In this document: piece after piece, positions 47,422-57,387 of the stretch
How the letters are laid out: the number at the start of each line of letters is the position of its first letter
Numbering within the stretch: the first letter of the stretch is position 1
Assembly: GCA_024698965.1 (NCBI GenBank)
Contig: JAILQM010000083.1
Coordinates: forward strand, 8,882-72,881
Origin: Eubacterium sp.
GTDB lineage: Bacteria > Bacillota > Clostridia > Lachnospirales > Lachnospiraceae
Length of the DNA stretch: 64,000 nt
Reading direction: 5' to 3'
The notes under the pieces: model-generated
Seen by the model: the letters and a program-made list of their open reading frames with translations, nothing else
Databases searched by the model: none
Told to the model about the DNA's origin: nothing
Program-made: the position numbers and the translations under genes

Positions 47422-48213
47422 CTAATTAAGTGCCGCCTTAAACTCTCTTACATACTCCGCGGCCTTATCTGCGCTAAAGCTGCTCTCCTTCATCAGATTA
47501 ATGAAATGGCTTCCGACTATCGCGCCATCAATAATATCCTTCATCGGCTCTACATCCTCTGCCGTTCTTATTCCGAATCCCATCATTACAGGGATTTTGG
47601 ATACACTCTTTACATCCTTTAGATAGTTTATTACTTCCTTATGAAAATCCGCTGCCTGGCCTGTAACGCCCATCGACGATACGCAGTATACAAAGCCTCT
47701 TGCGCCATCAAGAATCATCGGAATTCTGTCTTTTGAAACAGGGGAAACAAGTTGAAGAAGAATTGTTGTATCATCGCCTTTAAGTGCATTATTTAACTCT
47801 TCCTGCTCTTCAAACGGAAGGTCGGGAATAATGAGACCGTCCACGCCTGCGCCCCTGCATTCTTTTACAAAATCCTCTACTCCGCATGAAAGTACTGTGT
47901 TGTAATACATCATAAATACGATCGGAACATTCACGCCCTCACTTCTCATCTCCTTCATAAGAGAGAATATTTTCTTAAGCGTAACCCCGCCTAGTAGCGC
48001 CTCATAAGAAGCCTGCTGAATAACCGGGCCGTCCGCTATAGGATCAGAAAACGGGATTCCGAGCTCTATTACATCTATGCCGGCCTGTTCCTGTGCCTTT
48101 ATAAGCTCTTTTGTCTTTTCAAGGTTTGGAAGACCTGCTGTTATATAGGTTACAAAAGCCTTTTTACCCTCATTTTTTAGTTCCGCCATTTTGTTTTCTA
48201 TTCTGTTTGTCAT
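47422..48213 (-). CDS. trpA: Tryptophan synthase alpha chain
   Basis: IELGIPFSDPIADGPVIQ and GFGI motifs, located downstream of trpB. Confidence 0.93.
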   Translation of the reverse strand: MTNRIENKMAELKNEGKKAFVTYITAGLPNLEKTKELIKAQEQAGIDVIELGIPFSDPIADGPVIQQASYEALLGGVTLKKIFSLMKEMRSEGVNVPIVFMMYYNTVLSCGVEDFVKECRGAGVDGLIIPDLPFEEQEELNNALKGDDTTILLQLVSPVSKDRIPMILDGARGFVYCVSSMGVTGQAADFHKEVINYLKDVKSVSKIPVMMGFGIRTAEDVEPMKDIIDGAIVGSHFINLMKESSFSADKAAEYVREFKAALN

Positions 48214-48227
48214 AAAAGCTCTTCCTC

Positions 48228-49418
48228 CTAGTTAAGATAACCTTTACCCGAGAAATAATCGGATATGGTGTTTACATCTTTGTCTCCTCTGCCCGAAAGG
48301 CATACAATCATGGACTGATCCTTTGTCATTTCCTTTGCTTTCTTCATCGCATAAGCTATTGCATGTGCGCTTTCTATCGCAGGGATAATGCCTTCTATAC
48401 GTGTGATTTCCATGAGAGCATCCATTGCTTCCTTATCTGTTATTCCAACATATTTTGCTCTTCCCGAATCTCTTAAATAGCTATGCTCAGGTCCTACTCC
48501 CGGATAATCAAGACCGGCAGAAATGCTGTGTGCAAGCTTTATATTTCCGTCATCATCCTGCAAAAGATATGACTTCATTCCGTGGAGAGTGCCGACCTTT
48601 GACTCGTTTATGCTAAGTACTGCCGCATGCTCGTCTGTGTCAACGCCTTTTCCCGCTGCCTCAACTCCGATAAGCTCTACGCCTTCTTCATCTATAAAAT
48701 CCGCAAACATTCCGATGGAATTAGATCCTCCTCCGACGCACGCCATAACCACATCAGGGTTTCTTCCCTCGACCTCTAAATGCTGTTTCTTTGCCTCACG
48801 GCTAATGCAGGACTGAAACTCTTTTACCATCTTAGGATAAGGATAAGGTCCTACTGCAGAACCTATGATATAGAAGGTATCTTCCGCTGTTTTGGCCCAG
48901 GTACGGATTGCCTCATTCGTCGCATCCTTTAAGGTGTTAGACCCCGACTCCACAGATACTACCTTTGCTCCGAGCATCTCCATTCTCATAACGTTAAGGG
49001 CCTGTCTTTGTATATCTTCCTTTCCCATATAAACCGTGCATTCCATCCCGAAAAGCGCCGCTCCGGTTGCTGTTGCAACTCCGTGCTGTCCGGCTCCGGT
49101 TTCTGCTATAACCTTCTTTTTGCCCATTCTTTTGGCAAGAAGAATCTGGCCTATAACATTGTTTATCTTATGAGCTCCGGTATGGTTTAAATCCTCTCTT
49201 TTAAGATAGATTTTTGTTCCGTACTTTTCACTCATTCTCTCTGCAAAGTAAAGCGGTGTTTCTCTTCCCACGTACTGTTTTAAATAATAGTGGTACTGCT
49301 TTATAAACTCCTCATCTTTTATAGCCTCTTCGAAAGCTTCATCAACTTCTTTAAGTGTGTTCATAAGTGACTCGGAAACGTACTGTCCTCCGAATTTTCC
49401 GTAATAACTCTTATCCAT
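48228..49418 (-). CDS. trpB: Tryptophan synthase beta chain
   Basis: [19 protein letters not shown] (PLP lysine) and GGGSN motifs. Confidence 0.95.
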   Translation of the reverse strand: MDKSYYGKFGGQYVSESLMNTLKEVDEAFEEAIKDEEFIKQYHYYLKQYVGRETPLYFAERMSEKYGTKIYLKREDLNHTGAHKINNVIGQILLAKRMGKKKVIAETGAGQHGVATATGAALFGMECTVYMGKEDIQRQALNVMRMEMLGAKVVSVESGSNTLKDATNEAIRTWAKTAEDTFYIIGSAVGPYPYPKMVKEFQSCISREAKKQHLEVEGRNPDVVMACVGGGSNSIGMFADFIDEEGVELIGVEAAGKGVDTDEHAAVLSINESKVGTLHGMKSYLLQDDDGNIKLAHSISAGLDYPGVGPEHSYLRDSGRAKYVGITDKEAMDALMEITRIEGIIPAIESAHAIAYAMKKAKEMTKDQSMIVCLSGRGDKDVNTISDYFSGKGYLN

Positions 49419-50013
49419 GTTCTTTCACCTTTCTTATAAATTCGCAAACCTTTAATTTATCTTTTCCAAACTCTCCTTCAACGGAGCTTGATACATCCAC
49501 AATGTCCGGGTTTAAAGCATCTATTGCCTGCCCTACGTTTTCGCTGTTTAATCCTCCGGCAAGAATAAGGTATCTGTCCCCGATTTTTTCCCTTACATCC
49601 TTTGCCCTGTCCCAGTCAAAAGTTTTGCCGGCTCCGTAGGAAGCTCCGTCTATGACGTAGGCTTTTATTTTTTCGTGCTTTTCAATATCCGGCAAATCTC
49701 CCGAAATGTTATACGCCCGCCAGATTGGAATCCTTGCCGCCGAAAGTGCTTCTTCATAAAGCTCTCCGTGAATCTGAAGCGCATCAAATCCCATCGTCTG
49801 TATATTTTCCACTGTTTTTTTATCGGGCGATACCAAAACGGCTATCTTTGCAATGTTTGGTGCGAGATGCTGCATTATCTGCGCTGCCGCATATTTATCA
49901 AGATTTCTTTTACTCTTTTCGTAAAACACAAATCCCGCATAATGTGCTCCGGCTTTTGAAACAATGATTGCATCTTCCGGACAAGTCAGTCCGCAGATTT
50001 TAACATATGCCAT
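49411..50013 (-). CDS. trpF: Phosphoribosylanthranilate isomerase
   Basis: MAYVKICGL start with GGAG 8 nt upstream, plus GFVF and LAGGL motifs. The ORF-track N-terminal extension is unlikely. Confidence 0.9.
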   Translation of the reverse strand: MAYVKICGLTCPEDAIIVSKAGAHYAGFVFYEKSKRNLDKYAAAQIMQHLAPNIAKIAVLVSPDKKTVENIQTMGFDALQIHGELYEEALSAARIPIWRAYNISGDLPDIEKHEKIKAYVIDGASYGAGKTFDWDRAKDVREKIGDRYLILAGGLNSENVGQAIDALNPDIVDVSSSVEGEFGKDKLKVCEFIRKVKEHG

Positions 50014-50015
50014 TT

Positions 50016-50807
50016 TTAAATCTCCTTCCACTTCTTTGCAAGTGCAGCAGGATCTGCCGTCTCCATAAATGCCCTTCCTATAAGGCAGGCATCCACCTTA
50101 CATTCCTTAAGGTATTTAATACTCTCATCATCCGTTATACCGCTCTCCGTCACAAAGCACTTATCATCCGGTATATATTTCCTTAAATTTTTCGTCGTCT
50201 CAAGCCTTATCGTAAAATCTTTAAGATCTCTGTTGTTTACTCCGATTATCCTGCCGCCGGTATAAAGAGCATCTTCGACTTCCTTTTCATTATGAGTCTC
50301 AATAAGGGCGTCCATCTCAAGTTCTCTTGTCAGCTGATAAAAGGCTTTCATCTGTTCTTTATCGAGTATCGCCGCAATAAGTAAAATCGCATTTGCTCCT
50401 ATGGCCTTTGCCTCGTAGAACTGATACTCATCAATCATGAAATCTTTTCTTATCATCGGGAGGTTCGTCATCTTTTTAATCTCTTTAAAATACTCCGTAT
50501 TTCCGTAAAAATGATCCTCTTCGGTAAGACAGCTTATCGCCTCTACGCTTTTTGTATACTCTGCGATTCTCTCATCAAGCTCCATCGTCTTTTCAATGTT
50601 TCCGAGCGAAGGAGAAGCCTTTTTAAACTCACCTATAATGGAAAGTCCCGGTTTTGAAAGCGCATCGTAGAATGTCTCTTTCGCGCCGGTTAAACTGTCA
50701 TCTTTAATTCTTTTTTCCGCCTCTCTTCTGGCCTCTTCAAAAGAAAACTTTTCCTTATGCTCTTTAAGTCTTATTTTTTTATCTTCAACAATCTTGTCTA
50801 ATATCAT
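50016..50807 (-). CDS. trpC: Indole-3-glycerol phosphate synthase
   Basis: IGEFKKASPS, IRKDF and L.E.H…GVNNRDL motifs. Confidence 0.93.
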   Translation of the reverse strand: MILDKIVEDKKIRLKEHKEKFSFEEARREAEKRIKDDSLTGAKETFYDALSKPGLSIIGEFKKASPSLGNIEKTMELDERIAEYTKSVEAISCLTEEDHFYGNTEYFKEIKKMTNLPMIRKDFMIDEYQFYEAKAIGANAILLIAAILDKEQMKAFYQLTRELEMDALIETHNEKEVEDALYTGGRIIGVNNRDLKDFTIRLETTKNLRKYIPDDKCFVTESGITDDESIKYLKECKVDACLIGRAFMETADPAALAKKWKEI

Positions 50808-50819
50808 GACTTATCCTTC

Positions 50820-51389
50820 CTACATAACTCCTGCCACAAAGTTTTCCATCATTCTTTTTCCGTGGTCTGTAAATATAGACTCGGGATGAAACTGCAGTCC
50901 CACAACAGGATATTCTTTATGTCTCATCGCCATTATCTCCTCATCATCGGTTTCAGCAAGGATTTCAAAGCACTCCGGAAGAGTATCTTTTTCAACTGCC
51001 AAAGAGTGATATCTTGCGATTTTTATCGGTGTATCTATTCCTGTAAAAATGCTTTTTCTTTTGTGGTTTATAAGTGATTGCTTTCCGTGGAAAATCTCCT
51101 TTGCATAAGTTATTACTCCGCCCAAAGCCTCTCCTATGCACTGATGTCCGAGACAGATTCCCAAAATCGGTATTTTATCGTAAAACTCTTTTACAACTTC
51201 TGTGCATATCCCGGCTTCTTTCGGGCTCTTTGGTCCCGGTGATAAAATGATTTTCTCGGGCGCCATTTCCTTTATCTCATCTATAGTTATCTTATCGTTT
51301 CTTACAACCTTTATATCCTGAGTAAAAGTTCCCACATACTGGTATAAGTTATAGGTAAATGAATCGTAATTATCTATCAGTAAAATCAT
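50820..51389 (-). CDS. trpG: Anthranilate synthase component II (glutamine amidotransferase)
   Basis: [24 protein letters not shown] and FHPES motifs. Its ATG overlaps the trpE TGA (ATGA). Confidence 0.92.
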   Translation of the reverse strand: MILLIDNYDSFTYNLYQYVGTFTQDIKVVRNDKITIDEIKEMAPEKIILSPGPKSPKEAGICTEVVKEFYDKIPILGICLGHQCIGEALGGVITYAKEIFHGKQSLINHKRKSIFTGIDTPIKIARYHSLAVEKDTLPECFEILAETDDEEIMAMRHKEYPVVGLQFHPESIFTDHGKRMMENFVAGVM

Positions 51390-52789
51390 AAGTTTTCTTC
51401 CTCCACAAGTGTTTTTGCAAGTGCCATTACTTTGTTGCAGCATTCGTAGTATTCATTTTCCGGAACGGAGTCTGCAACAATTCCGGCTCCGGCCTGAAGA
51501 TATACTTTATTGTCTTTTTTAACCATCGTTCTTATCGTAATACAAAAGTCCATGTTACCCGAAAAATCAAGATGTCCGGTGGCTCCGCCGTAAAGACCAC
51601 GCTTTGTATCTTCAAGCTCATCTATTATTTCCATTGCTCTTATCTTTGGAGCTCCGGATAAGGTTCCTGCCGGAAGAAATGAACCAACAAGGTCAAGCGG
51701 ATGATATTCTCCCTTCTTTCTGCCTTCCACCATTGAGCAGATGTGCATTACATGGGAATAATTCTGAACCTCCATAAACCTTGTTACTTTAACGGTTCCA
51801 AACTCGGATATCTTTCCCATATCGTTTCTTGCAAGATCTACAAGCATCGCGTGCTCTGCTCTTTCTTTTTCATCAGCCAAAAGATCTTCTTTTAAGAGTC
51901 TGTCTTCTTCCTCGTTTTTGCCTCTCGGTCTTGTTCCCGCTATAGGACAGGTATAAACCTTTCCTTCCTGCTGTTTTACAAGCATCTCAGGCGAAGAACC
52001 TATGAGCTCAAAGTCTCCGAAGTTAAAGTAGTAAAGATATGGTGAAGGGTTTACCTTTCTGAGTTTTTTGTATAGGTCAAATCCCTTTTGCCCGGTCTCA
52101 ATAGTCCATCTTTGCGAAAGCACCGTCTGGAAGATGTGACCTTCTTTTATATAATGCTTAATCTTGTTTACTTTCTCGCCATATTCTTCAACAGTATCGG
52201 ATTTTTTAACTATCTTTCCGTCAAGCACAAGTTCTTTGTCTTCAATATGAGGAGCATTTCTGCACTTGTCCGTCATTTCATCCGCATAACAAAGAGCTCT
52301 TTTTTCTCCCTCTTTGCTGTCCTCATCAAGCACTATTGCCGTAAGCGTCTCGGCTACATGATCTATAACGACAAATCTTGTCATAAGCATCATCTGCACC
52401 GTCTCAACTCCGATTTCATCCGGGTTTTCATCCGGAAGAGTTTCAATATATCTTATAAAGTCATATCCGAGGCTTCCTACAAGTCCTCCCTTAAAAGGTG
52501 TGCTCTCGTCAGAGATAATGTTAAACTCCGAATAATAATCCTTAAGGAGCTCCATCGGATTTCCCTCTAAAACCTCAGTGGTTCCGTCATTTTTTTCAAT
52601 GATTAAGCTATCGCCCTTAGAACGGATTATCTCTTCGGGATTTTCTCCCATGAATGTGTATCTGTCGTAGTTTTTGTCATAGCTTTCTAGCAGAAATCCC
52701 TTTTTATCTCCTACGAGGGCTTCGAACATATCGGTTGAGACCTCGTTTACTATGCTTACTGTTTTCTTGTAAAGTTTTAGTGTTTTCAT
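51386..52789 (-). CDS. trpE: Anthranilate synthase component I
   Basis: LESYD…, chorismate-binding [14 protein letters not shown] and GG..GY motifs. The ATG at 52789 follows GAGAGGA. Confidence 0.93.
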   Translation of the reverse strand: MKTLKLYKKTVSIVNEVSTDMFEALVGDKKGFLLESYDKNYDRYTFMGENPEEIIRSKGDSLIIEKNDGTTEVLEGNPMELLKDYYSEFNIISDESTPFKGGLVGSLGYDFIRYIETLPDENPDEIGVETVQMMLMTRFVVIDHVAETLTAIVLDEDSKEGEKRALCYADEMTDKCRNAPHIEDKELVLDGKIVKKSDTVEEYGEKVNKIKHYIKEGHIFQTVLSQRWTIETGQKGFDLYKKLRKVNPSPYLYYFNFGDFELIGSSPEMLVKQQEGKVYTCPIAGTRPRGKNEEEDRLLKEDLLADEKERAEHAMLVDLARNDMGKISEFGTVKVTRFMEVQNYSHVMHICSMVEGRKKGEYHPLDLVGSFLPAGTLSGAPKIRAMEIIDELEDTKRGLYGGATGHLDFSGNMDFCITIRTMVKKDNKVYLQAGAGIVADSVPENEYYECCNKVMALAKTLVEEENL

Positions 52790-52804
52790 GTTTTTTCCTC
52801 TCAA

Positions 52805-53125
52805 TAAAAAACGCCCCTGAGACCTTAAGTCTCAGGGACGATACATACCGTGGTGCCACCCTGCTTCATTATGATGCCGCATTTTTAATAAAAAAGGCAG
52901 ATTCCCCGAAACCGGAAAATCTGCCACCGCTTATCATAACCTTTATCCAAATACGGAGCTATATGCTCGATATTCTGCCCCTGTAACGCGAGGACGCGGC
53001 ATCCGCTACTAAGTAAACCTTTTCGCTTTGCATCTCACAAACCCATTCCCTAAAAGCGCTGTTATCTGCTCACACCAACCGCAGACTCTCTGAAAACCTC
53101 ATCTAAAAGGTACTATCTTTGCTCA
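52805..53125 (-). promoter_or_regulatory. T-box riboswitch leader, Trp-specific (UGG specifier), with terminator
   Basis: On the minus strand I see the GA/K-turn GATGA, the AGAGAG box, a specifier context GAA-UGG-G, the T-box sequence GCAGGGTGGCACCACGG (UGGC bulge complementary to a G73-CCA tRNA end), and then the terminator ccctgagac-ttaa-ggtctcagggg followed by a T-run (52805-52840). Confidence 0.8.
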
Positions 53126-53160
53126 TAGATTTTATTGCTTTATTAAATTAACGCAAGACA

Positions 53161-53189
53161 AATATATCATCCATTCATAGGTATGTCAA
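53161..53189 (-). promoter_or_regulatory. Sigma-A type promoter (TTGACA-17-TATATT) of the trp operon leader
   Basis: On the reverse complement, TTGACA is at 53184-53189 and TATATT at 53161-53166. Confidence 0.65.
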
Positions 53190-53235
53190 CACATATTTAA
53201 GATATATTTTTAAATTTTTTGAGATATTTTTTATC

Positions 53236-54108
53236 CTATTCCCAATTATCACATACAGGTGCGCTTGGACTATCTCCTCTTAATCTTGTATAAAGTGCGG
53301 CATCCGTGCTCATTACATAAGGATTTACATAGAATATTCCCGCGATATGGAAGGTGATTGCATCAAGGATGTACCAGCCGATAAAAGAAAGGTCAAGCAC
53401 AAATGCTTTCCACTTGTTCCCATCCATCATTTTTCTTGACTCTGTAATTATCTCGCTTGCACTCATTTCAGGATGCTCTGCCAAAATATAAGGAACCATT
53501 CTGTATGAATAAGCCTTTACCAAACCCGGAATTATGAAAAGCAATGTCCATAATACCTGATATAAATCTCTCCAAAACAGAGTTGATACAACCTTTCCGT
53601 AAGGGGAAAAGCCCTCAGACATAGATGAGCCGAAATCTGCTTTTTCAAACTGATTGTTAAGCATAAATCTGCGGCATCCCTGAACCAGAGGATTAATTAC
53701 AAAAATCGAAAGTAAAATCGATCCTACAATTGCAAAAGCAAAAAAGCCCATAAACATCTTAACAGTAATAAGTCTTAAAAGTGTTCCGATATACCCCGGC
53801 ACATAACCCGAAAAATCAGAAAGATCGTAGCTAAAAGGTCCTACATTTATGCTGTAGTCCATTACCTCGTCAACATACTCTTCTCCCAAAATCTCCGAAA
53901 GAGATGCGTCAATACCCGCATCCTCGTTTATATTCTCCATTACAAACTCTTCAGTTGTCTGATCATCCGTTGTTGTATCAGCCGATGAAGACGAGTTCGA
54001 AAATCCGCCCGTTAAAAAAGCGAATATTACAGCGATAAGAACGCACCACCAGTAATTTTTCTTAAACGCTTCCTTTCCCTGCGTTTTAACCTCTTTTCTT
54101 GTCCACAT
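53236..54108 (-). CDS. DUF975 family membrane protein
   Basis: The N-terminus W.RKE.K..GKEAFKKNYW plus multiple TM segments and the C-terminal pattern are typical of DUF975. Confidence 0.7.
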   Translation of the reverse strand: MWTRKEVKTQGKEAFKKNYWWCVLIAVIFAFLTGGFSNSSSSADTTTDDQTTEEFVMENINEDAGIDASLSEILGEEYVDEVMDYSINVGPFSYDLSDFSGYVPGYIGTLLRLITVKMFMGFFAFAIVGSILLSIFVINPLVQGCRRFMLNNQFEKADFGSSMSEGFSPYGKVVSTLFWRDLYQVLWTLLFIIPGLVKAYSYRMVPYILAEHPEMSASEIITESRKMMDGNKWKAFVLDLSFIGWYILDAITFHIAGIFYVNPYVMSTDAALYTRLRGDSPSAPVCDNWE

Positions 54109-55234
54109 TTTTAGTCTCTCCCTTCATTTTTGAAAATGTGTTTTTGTTTTTTATGGCATCTGCCCCACTTTTAATAAGGCCGCCAATCACCTTACCGAAA
54201 TTAAGCTGCTCTTCTTTCGGCAGTGATGAAATATTTTTAAACATCTCAACCAAATTCCCCGGAATATTCTTTTGAAGCTCTTCAAAAGTCGTAGCTCCGG
54301 TTGATGAGAATGTATTAAAAAGCGTGTTTATAAACTCCTCTTTTTCCGAATCGTCAAACGAAGATATCCAGTTTGTAATCGCCGTATCCAAAAGACTGCT
54401 CGACTCTGAAAGCGACTCTGCCAAAACAAAACTCTCTCCCAAAACTTCCCACGAAAGCGGATCGTGCTGATGAGCCATATTGCCGCTGCTCTTTATAACC
54501 TTATGATCATACTCGTTGTTAAGCAGCATTCCTATAACGGAAGATTCGGGCACAATACTTTTTATCTTTGGCAAAATCTCCTTATATTCATCGGTTTCTG
54601 TTATGTCCTTTATAAATCCCGGTCCGTCGTTTGAATATATCTCAAATATCTTTTTTCTTATCCTCGGATTGCAAAACGCAGATGCATAAACCGCAAAATT
54701 GCCACCCTTTGAATGGCCTCCGACTCTTATCTTCCTTCTTTCAAGCCCAAAATGGTTTAAGTAATCCGCCGCCATTTTCTGCCCTCTTGTTGCGGAAGAT
54801 ACGCTGAAAATAAAGTCTTCCTTCCAGCCTACTATTGTATCGTCCGTGCCTCTGAAGGCAATATAAACGGACCTGTCAGGAATTGTAAAGACCATAACCG
54901 CAAACTGGGTATCCGTTGTTTCATCTATGAGATTTACAAAGCCGCCGAGTCCGACATTTTTAAAACGATTTGACTTTGCAGCCTCCCTAAATAAAAAAGG
55001 CGCCATCTTTGTGACGGTATTTCTGGCCAAAAGTTCTTCATCTGTGTGTTTTGAAAAATAAATCTCGGCAGCCTCTTCCATACTCATAGCATCTTTAGAG
55101 CCTCTCTGAGGGATTACATCGTCCAAATCCACATAGGCTATTTCCGAAAATATAAGATTGTCCACCTCATTAAACGGCCGCTCCCTAAAAGTAATATCTC
55201 CCCGCCATTTAATGTATTCTTCTATATTCGCCAT
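54086..55234 (-). CDS. Mbeg1-like / DUF2974 alpha/beta-hydrolase (lipase-like) protein
   Basis: IAFRGTD…W.ED and the nucleophile elbow GHSKGGN. It overlaps the DUF975 gene by 23 nt. Confidence 0.7.
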   Translation of the reverse strand: MANIEEYIKWRGDITFRERPFNEVDNLIFSEIAYVDLDDVIPQRGSKDAMSMEEAAEIYFSKHTDEELLARNTVTKMAPFLFREAAKSNRFKNVGLGGFVNLIDETTDTQFAVMVFTIPDRSVYIAFRGTDDTIVGWKEDFIFSVSSATRGQKMAADYLNHFGLERRKIRVGGHSKGGNFAVYASAFCNPRIRKKIFEIYSNDGPGFIKDITETDEYKEILPKIKSIVPESSVIGMLLNNEYDHKVIKSSGNMAHQHDPLSWEVLGESFVLAESLSESSSLLDTAITNWISSFDDSEKEEFINTLFNTFSSTGATTFEELQKNIPGNLVEMFKNISSLPKEEQLNFGKVIGGLIKSGADAIKNKNTFSKMKGETKNVDKKRG

Positions 55235-55249
55235 ATAAGTTCCCTCGTT

Positions 55250-55819
55250 TTACCAAAACTCCTTATAAAGCTTAAGTTCTCTTGTAAGCCTTGAAATAGG
55301 GAGCCCCACAACATTGTTGTAGTCTCCGTCAATCTTTTCGACAAAAAGTCCGCCCTTACCCTGTATACCATACGATCCGGCTTTATCCAAAGGCTCACCG
55401 GTACTTATGTATTGTCTTATCTCTTCATCGGTAAGCTCGTAAAACTTTACCTTTGTCAAAACAGCAAAGCTCTTATTTATATTTTTCCCTTCACAAAATA
55501 GGGCAACACCCGTATATACCTCATGCTCCCTGCCCGAAAGCTTTTTAAGCATCTTAAAAGCATCATCTTCATCTTTTGGCTTTCCGAGGACTTCATTGTC
55601 AATTGCAACAATGGTATCCGCGCCTATAACAAGCGCATCTTTGCCCTCTTTTTCTGCCACCGAAAATGCCTTTTGCTCGGCGAGAGATACTACAATCTCA
55701 TCCGGGGTATTTCCCTTTGCCACCTCTTCAATATCAGACGGGACAATCCTAAATTTTGCTCCGGCCATATTAAGAAGCTCTTTTCTGCGCGGAGACGCGC
55801 TTGCAAGTATCAGTTCCAC
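55250..55819 (-). CDS. maf: Maf-like nucleoside triphosphate pyrophosphatase (septum formation protein)
   Basis: ILASASPRRKELL, GADT.V and AG.YGIQ motifs. Confidence 0.92.
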   Translation of the reverse strand: MELILASASPRRKELLNMAGAKFRIVPSDIEEVAKGNTPDEIVVSLAEQKAFSVAEKEGKDALVIGADTIVAIDNEVLGKPKDEDDAFKMLKKLSGREHEVYTGVALFCEGKNINKSFAVLTKVKFYELTDEEIRQYISTGEPLDKAGSYGIQGKGGLFVEKIDGDYNNVVGLPISRLTRELKLYKEFW

Positions 55820-55831
55820 CTAAGACTCCCT

Positions 55832-56197
55832 TTAGTTAAAATCGATATCCGAATCGTCATCTGTCATATACTCTCTGGATACGACTCTCTTCTTTTCGCG
55901 GTTTTCCTCAACAAGATTGGAAAGCTGTTCTTTTACATCCATTACATTTTTAATGTTCTTGATTTCAAAGTCTCCCAAAGTCTTATCAGAGCTTTTAACC
56001 GCAATTGTACCCATGCCGAAAATTCTCTGAATAAGACTTCTTGTCACGCCCAAATCAAGTACCCTGTAAAGACGCATCTCATCCTGACGCTTGTTTAAGA
56101 ATCCTCTGTCAAGATAAAAACGTTCTTCATCAAAACTATATACCGTAAATGTCCACGGAAGCCCGCACCATATTCTCTTTCTTGCTTTCCAAAGCAT
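55832..56197 (-). CDS. Bacterial PH (bPH_2/DUF304-type) domain protein
   Basis: RFYLDRGFLNKRQDEMRLYRVLD…Q.IFG.GTI….D is typical of membrane-flanked PH domains. Confidence 0.65.
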   Translation of the reverse strand: MLWKARKRIWCGLPWTFTVYSFDEERFYLDRGFLNKRQDEMRLYRVLDLGVTRSLIQRIFGMGTIAVKSSDKTLGDFEIKNIKNVMDVKEQLSNLVEENREKKRVVSREYMTDDDSDIDFN

Positions 56198-56268
56198 ATG
56201 CTTGTTCTCCTTTGTGTTTAATATGCCGCAGACAATCCCGCAGCTACTTTAAATAATACCATATTTTA

Positions 56269-56297
56269 TTGCAAAAAGAACCTCCGAGTCATAAAAT
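56269..56297 (+). promoter_or_regulatory. Candidate promoter (TTGCAA-17-TAAAAT) for the threonine-aldolase-like gene
   Basis: TTGCAA at 56269-56274 and TAAAAT at 56292-56297. Confidence 0.5.
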
Positions 56298-56326
56298 ATA
56301 TGATAGTAAATCCATAGGAGGATCCC

Positions 56327-57364
56327 ATGAATAATACAAAACTTTCATTCTCATCAGATTACATGGAAGGCGCACACCCAAAAGTGTTAGCCCGCCTTCT
56401 TGAAACAAATATGGAAAAAACGTCCGGATACGGTTTTGATACATACTCACAGAGCGCCAAAGCCAAAATAAGAAAAGCCATAGACTGTCCGGATGCGGAT
56501 ATTTTCTTCCTTATCGGCGGAACACAGACAAATGCCACCGTAATAGACGCTGCCCTCTTACCTTATCAGGGCGTAATGGCCGCAAAAACCGGTCATATAA
56601 GCGTGCATGAAGCCGGTGCAATTGAAGCGGGCGGACATAAGGTTTTTGAGCTTCCCGCCAGCTGCGGCAAGGTAAAAGCGGATGATGTTCTTTCTTTTAT
56701 AAACTCATACAACAGCGATGAAAACAAAGAACACATGGTTATGCCCGGAATGCTTTACATCTCTCAGCCCACAGAATACGGCACCCTCTACTCTTTGTCA
56801 GAGCTTGAAGCTTTAAGCAAAATCTGCAGAGAAAGTAACGTGCTTTTTTATCTGGACGGAGCAAGACTTGCCTATGCCCTGGCCTGCCCTAAAAACGATG
56901 CCTCTTTAAAGGATATAGCCCGCCTCTGTGACGCATTTTATATAGGCGGCACAAAATGCGGCCTGCTTTTCGGTGAAGCAGTGGTATTTCCCAAAAAAAA
57001 TCTCATCCCGCATTTTTTCACCCTCATAAAACAGCACGGTGCCCTCCTTGCCAAAGGCAGAATAAACGGGCTTCAGTTTGACACCTTATTTACCGACGAT
57101 TTGTATTTTGAGATCGGAAAAAACGCGATTGACAAAGCCGAAAAAATCAAAAAAGCATTAAAAGAAAAGGGCTATGAGTTTGCAATAGATTCTCCGACAA
57201 ACCAGATTTTTATAATCTTAGACAAAGCCGGATATGACCGCCTCATTTCTCTTGTCGAAATGGGATTTTGGGAAAATCTTCCAAACGGCCAAACCGTTAT
57301 GCGCATTGCCACAAGCTGGGCAACAACAGATGAAGATGTAGAAAAACTCATAAATGTACTTTAA
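56327..57364 (+). CDS. Low-specificity L-threonine aldolase family PLP enzyme (beta-eliminating lyase fold)
   Basis: FSSDY.EGAHP, GGTQTN and the YIGGTKCG lysine motif. Confidence 0.75.
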   Translation: MNNTKLSFSSDYMEGAHPKVLARLLETNMEKTSGYGFDTYSQSAKAKIRKAIDCPDADIFFLIGGTQTNATVIDAALLPYQGVMAAKTGHISVHEAGAIEAGGHKVFELPASCGKVKADDVLSFINSYNSDENKEHMVMPGMLYISQPTEYGTLYSLSELEALSKICRESNVLFYLDGARLAYALACPKNDASLKDIARLCDAFYIGGTKCGLLFGEAVVFPKKNLIPHFFTLIKQHGALLAKGRINGLQFDTLFTDDLYFEIGKNAIDKAEKIKKALKEKGYEFAIDSPTNQIFIILDKAGYDRLISLVEMGFWENLPNGQTVMRIATSWATTDEDVEKLINVL

Positions 57365-57387
57365 AAAAGCGGCCTTTTGGCCGCTTT
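57363..57387. terminator. Bidirectional rho-independent terminator
   Basis: aaaaaagcggcc-tttt-ggccgcttt lies between convergent genes. Confidence 0.8.

Noticed and set aside
52893-52935. The U-tailed hairpin in the middle of the trp leader as an independent terminator or a separate sRNA.
   Set aside because: Its position matches stem III of T-box leaders, immediately 5' of the T-box sequence. I kept it as a note under the T-box finding rather than as a separate feature.
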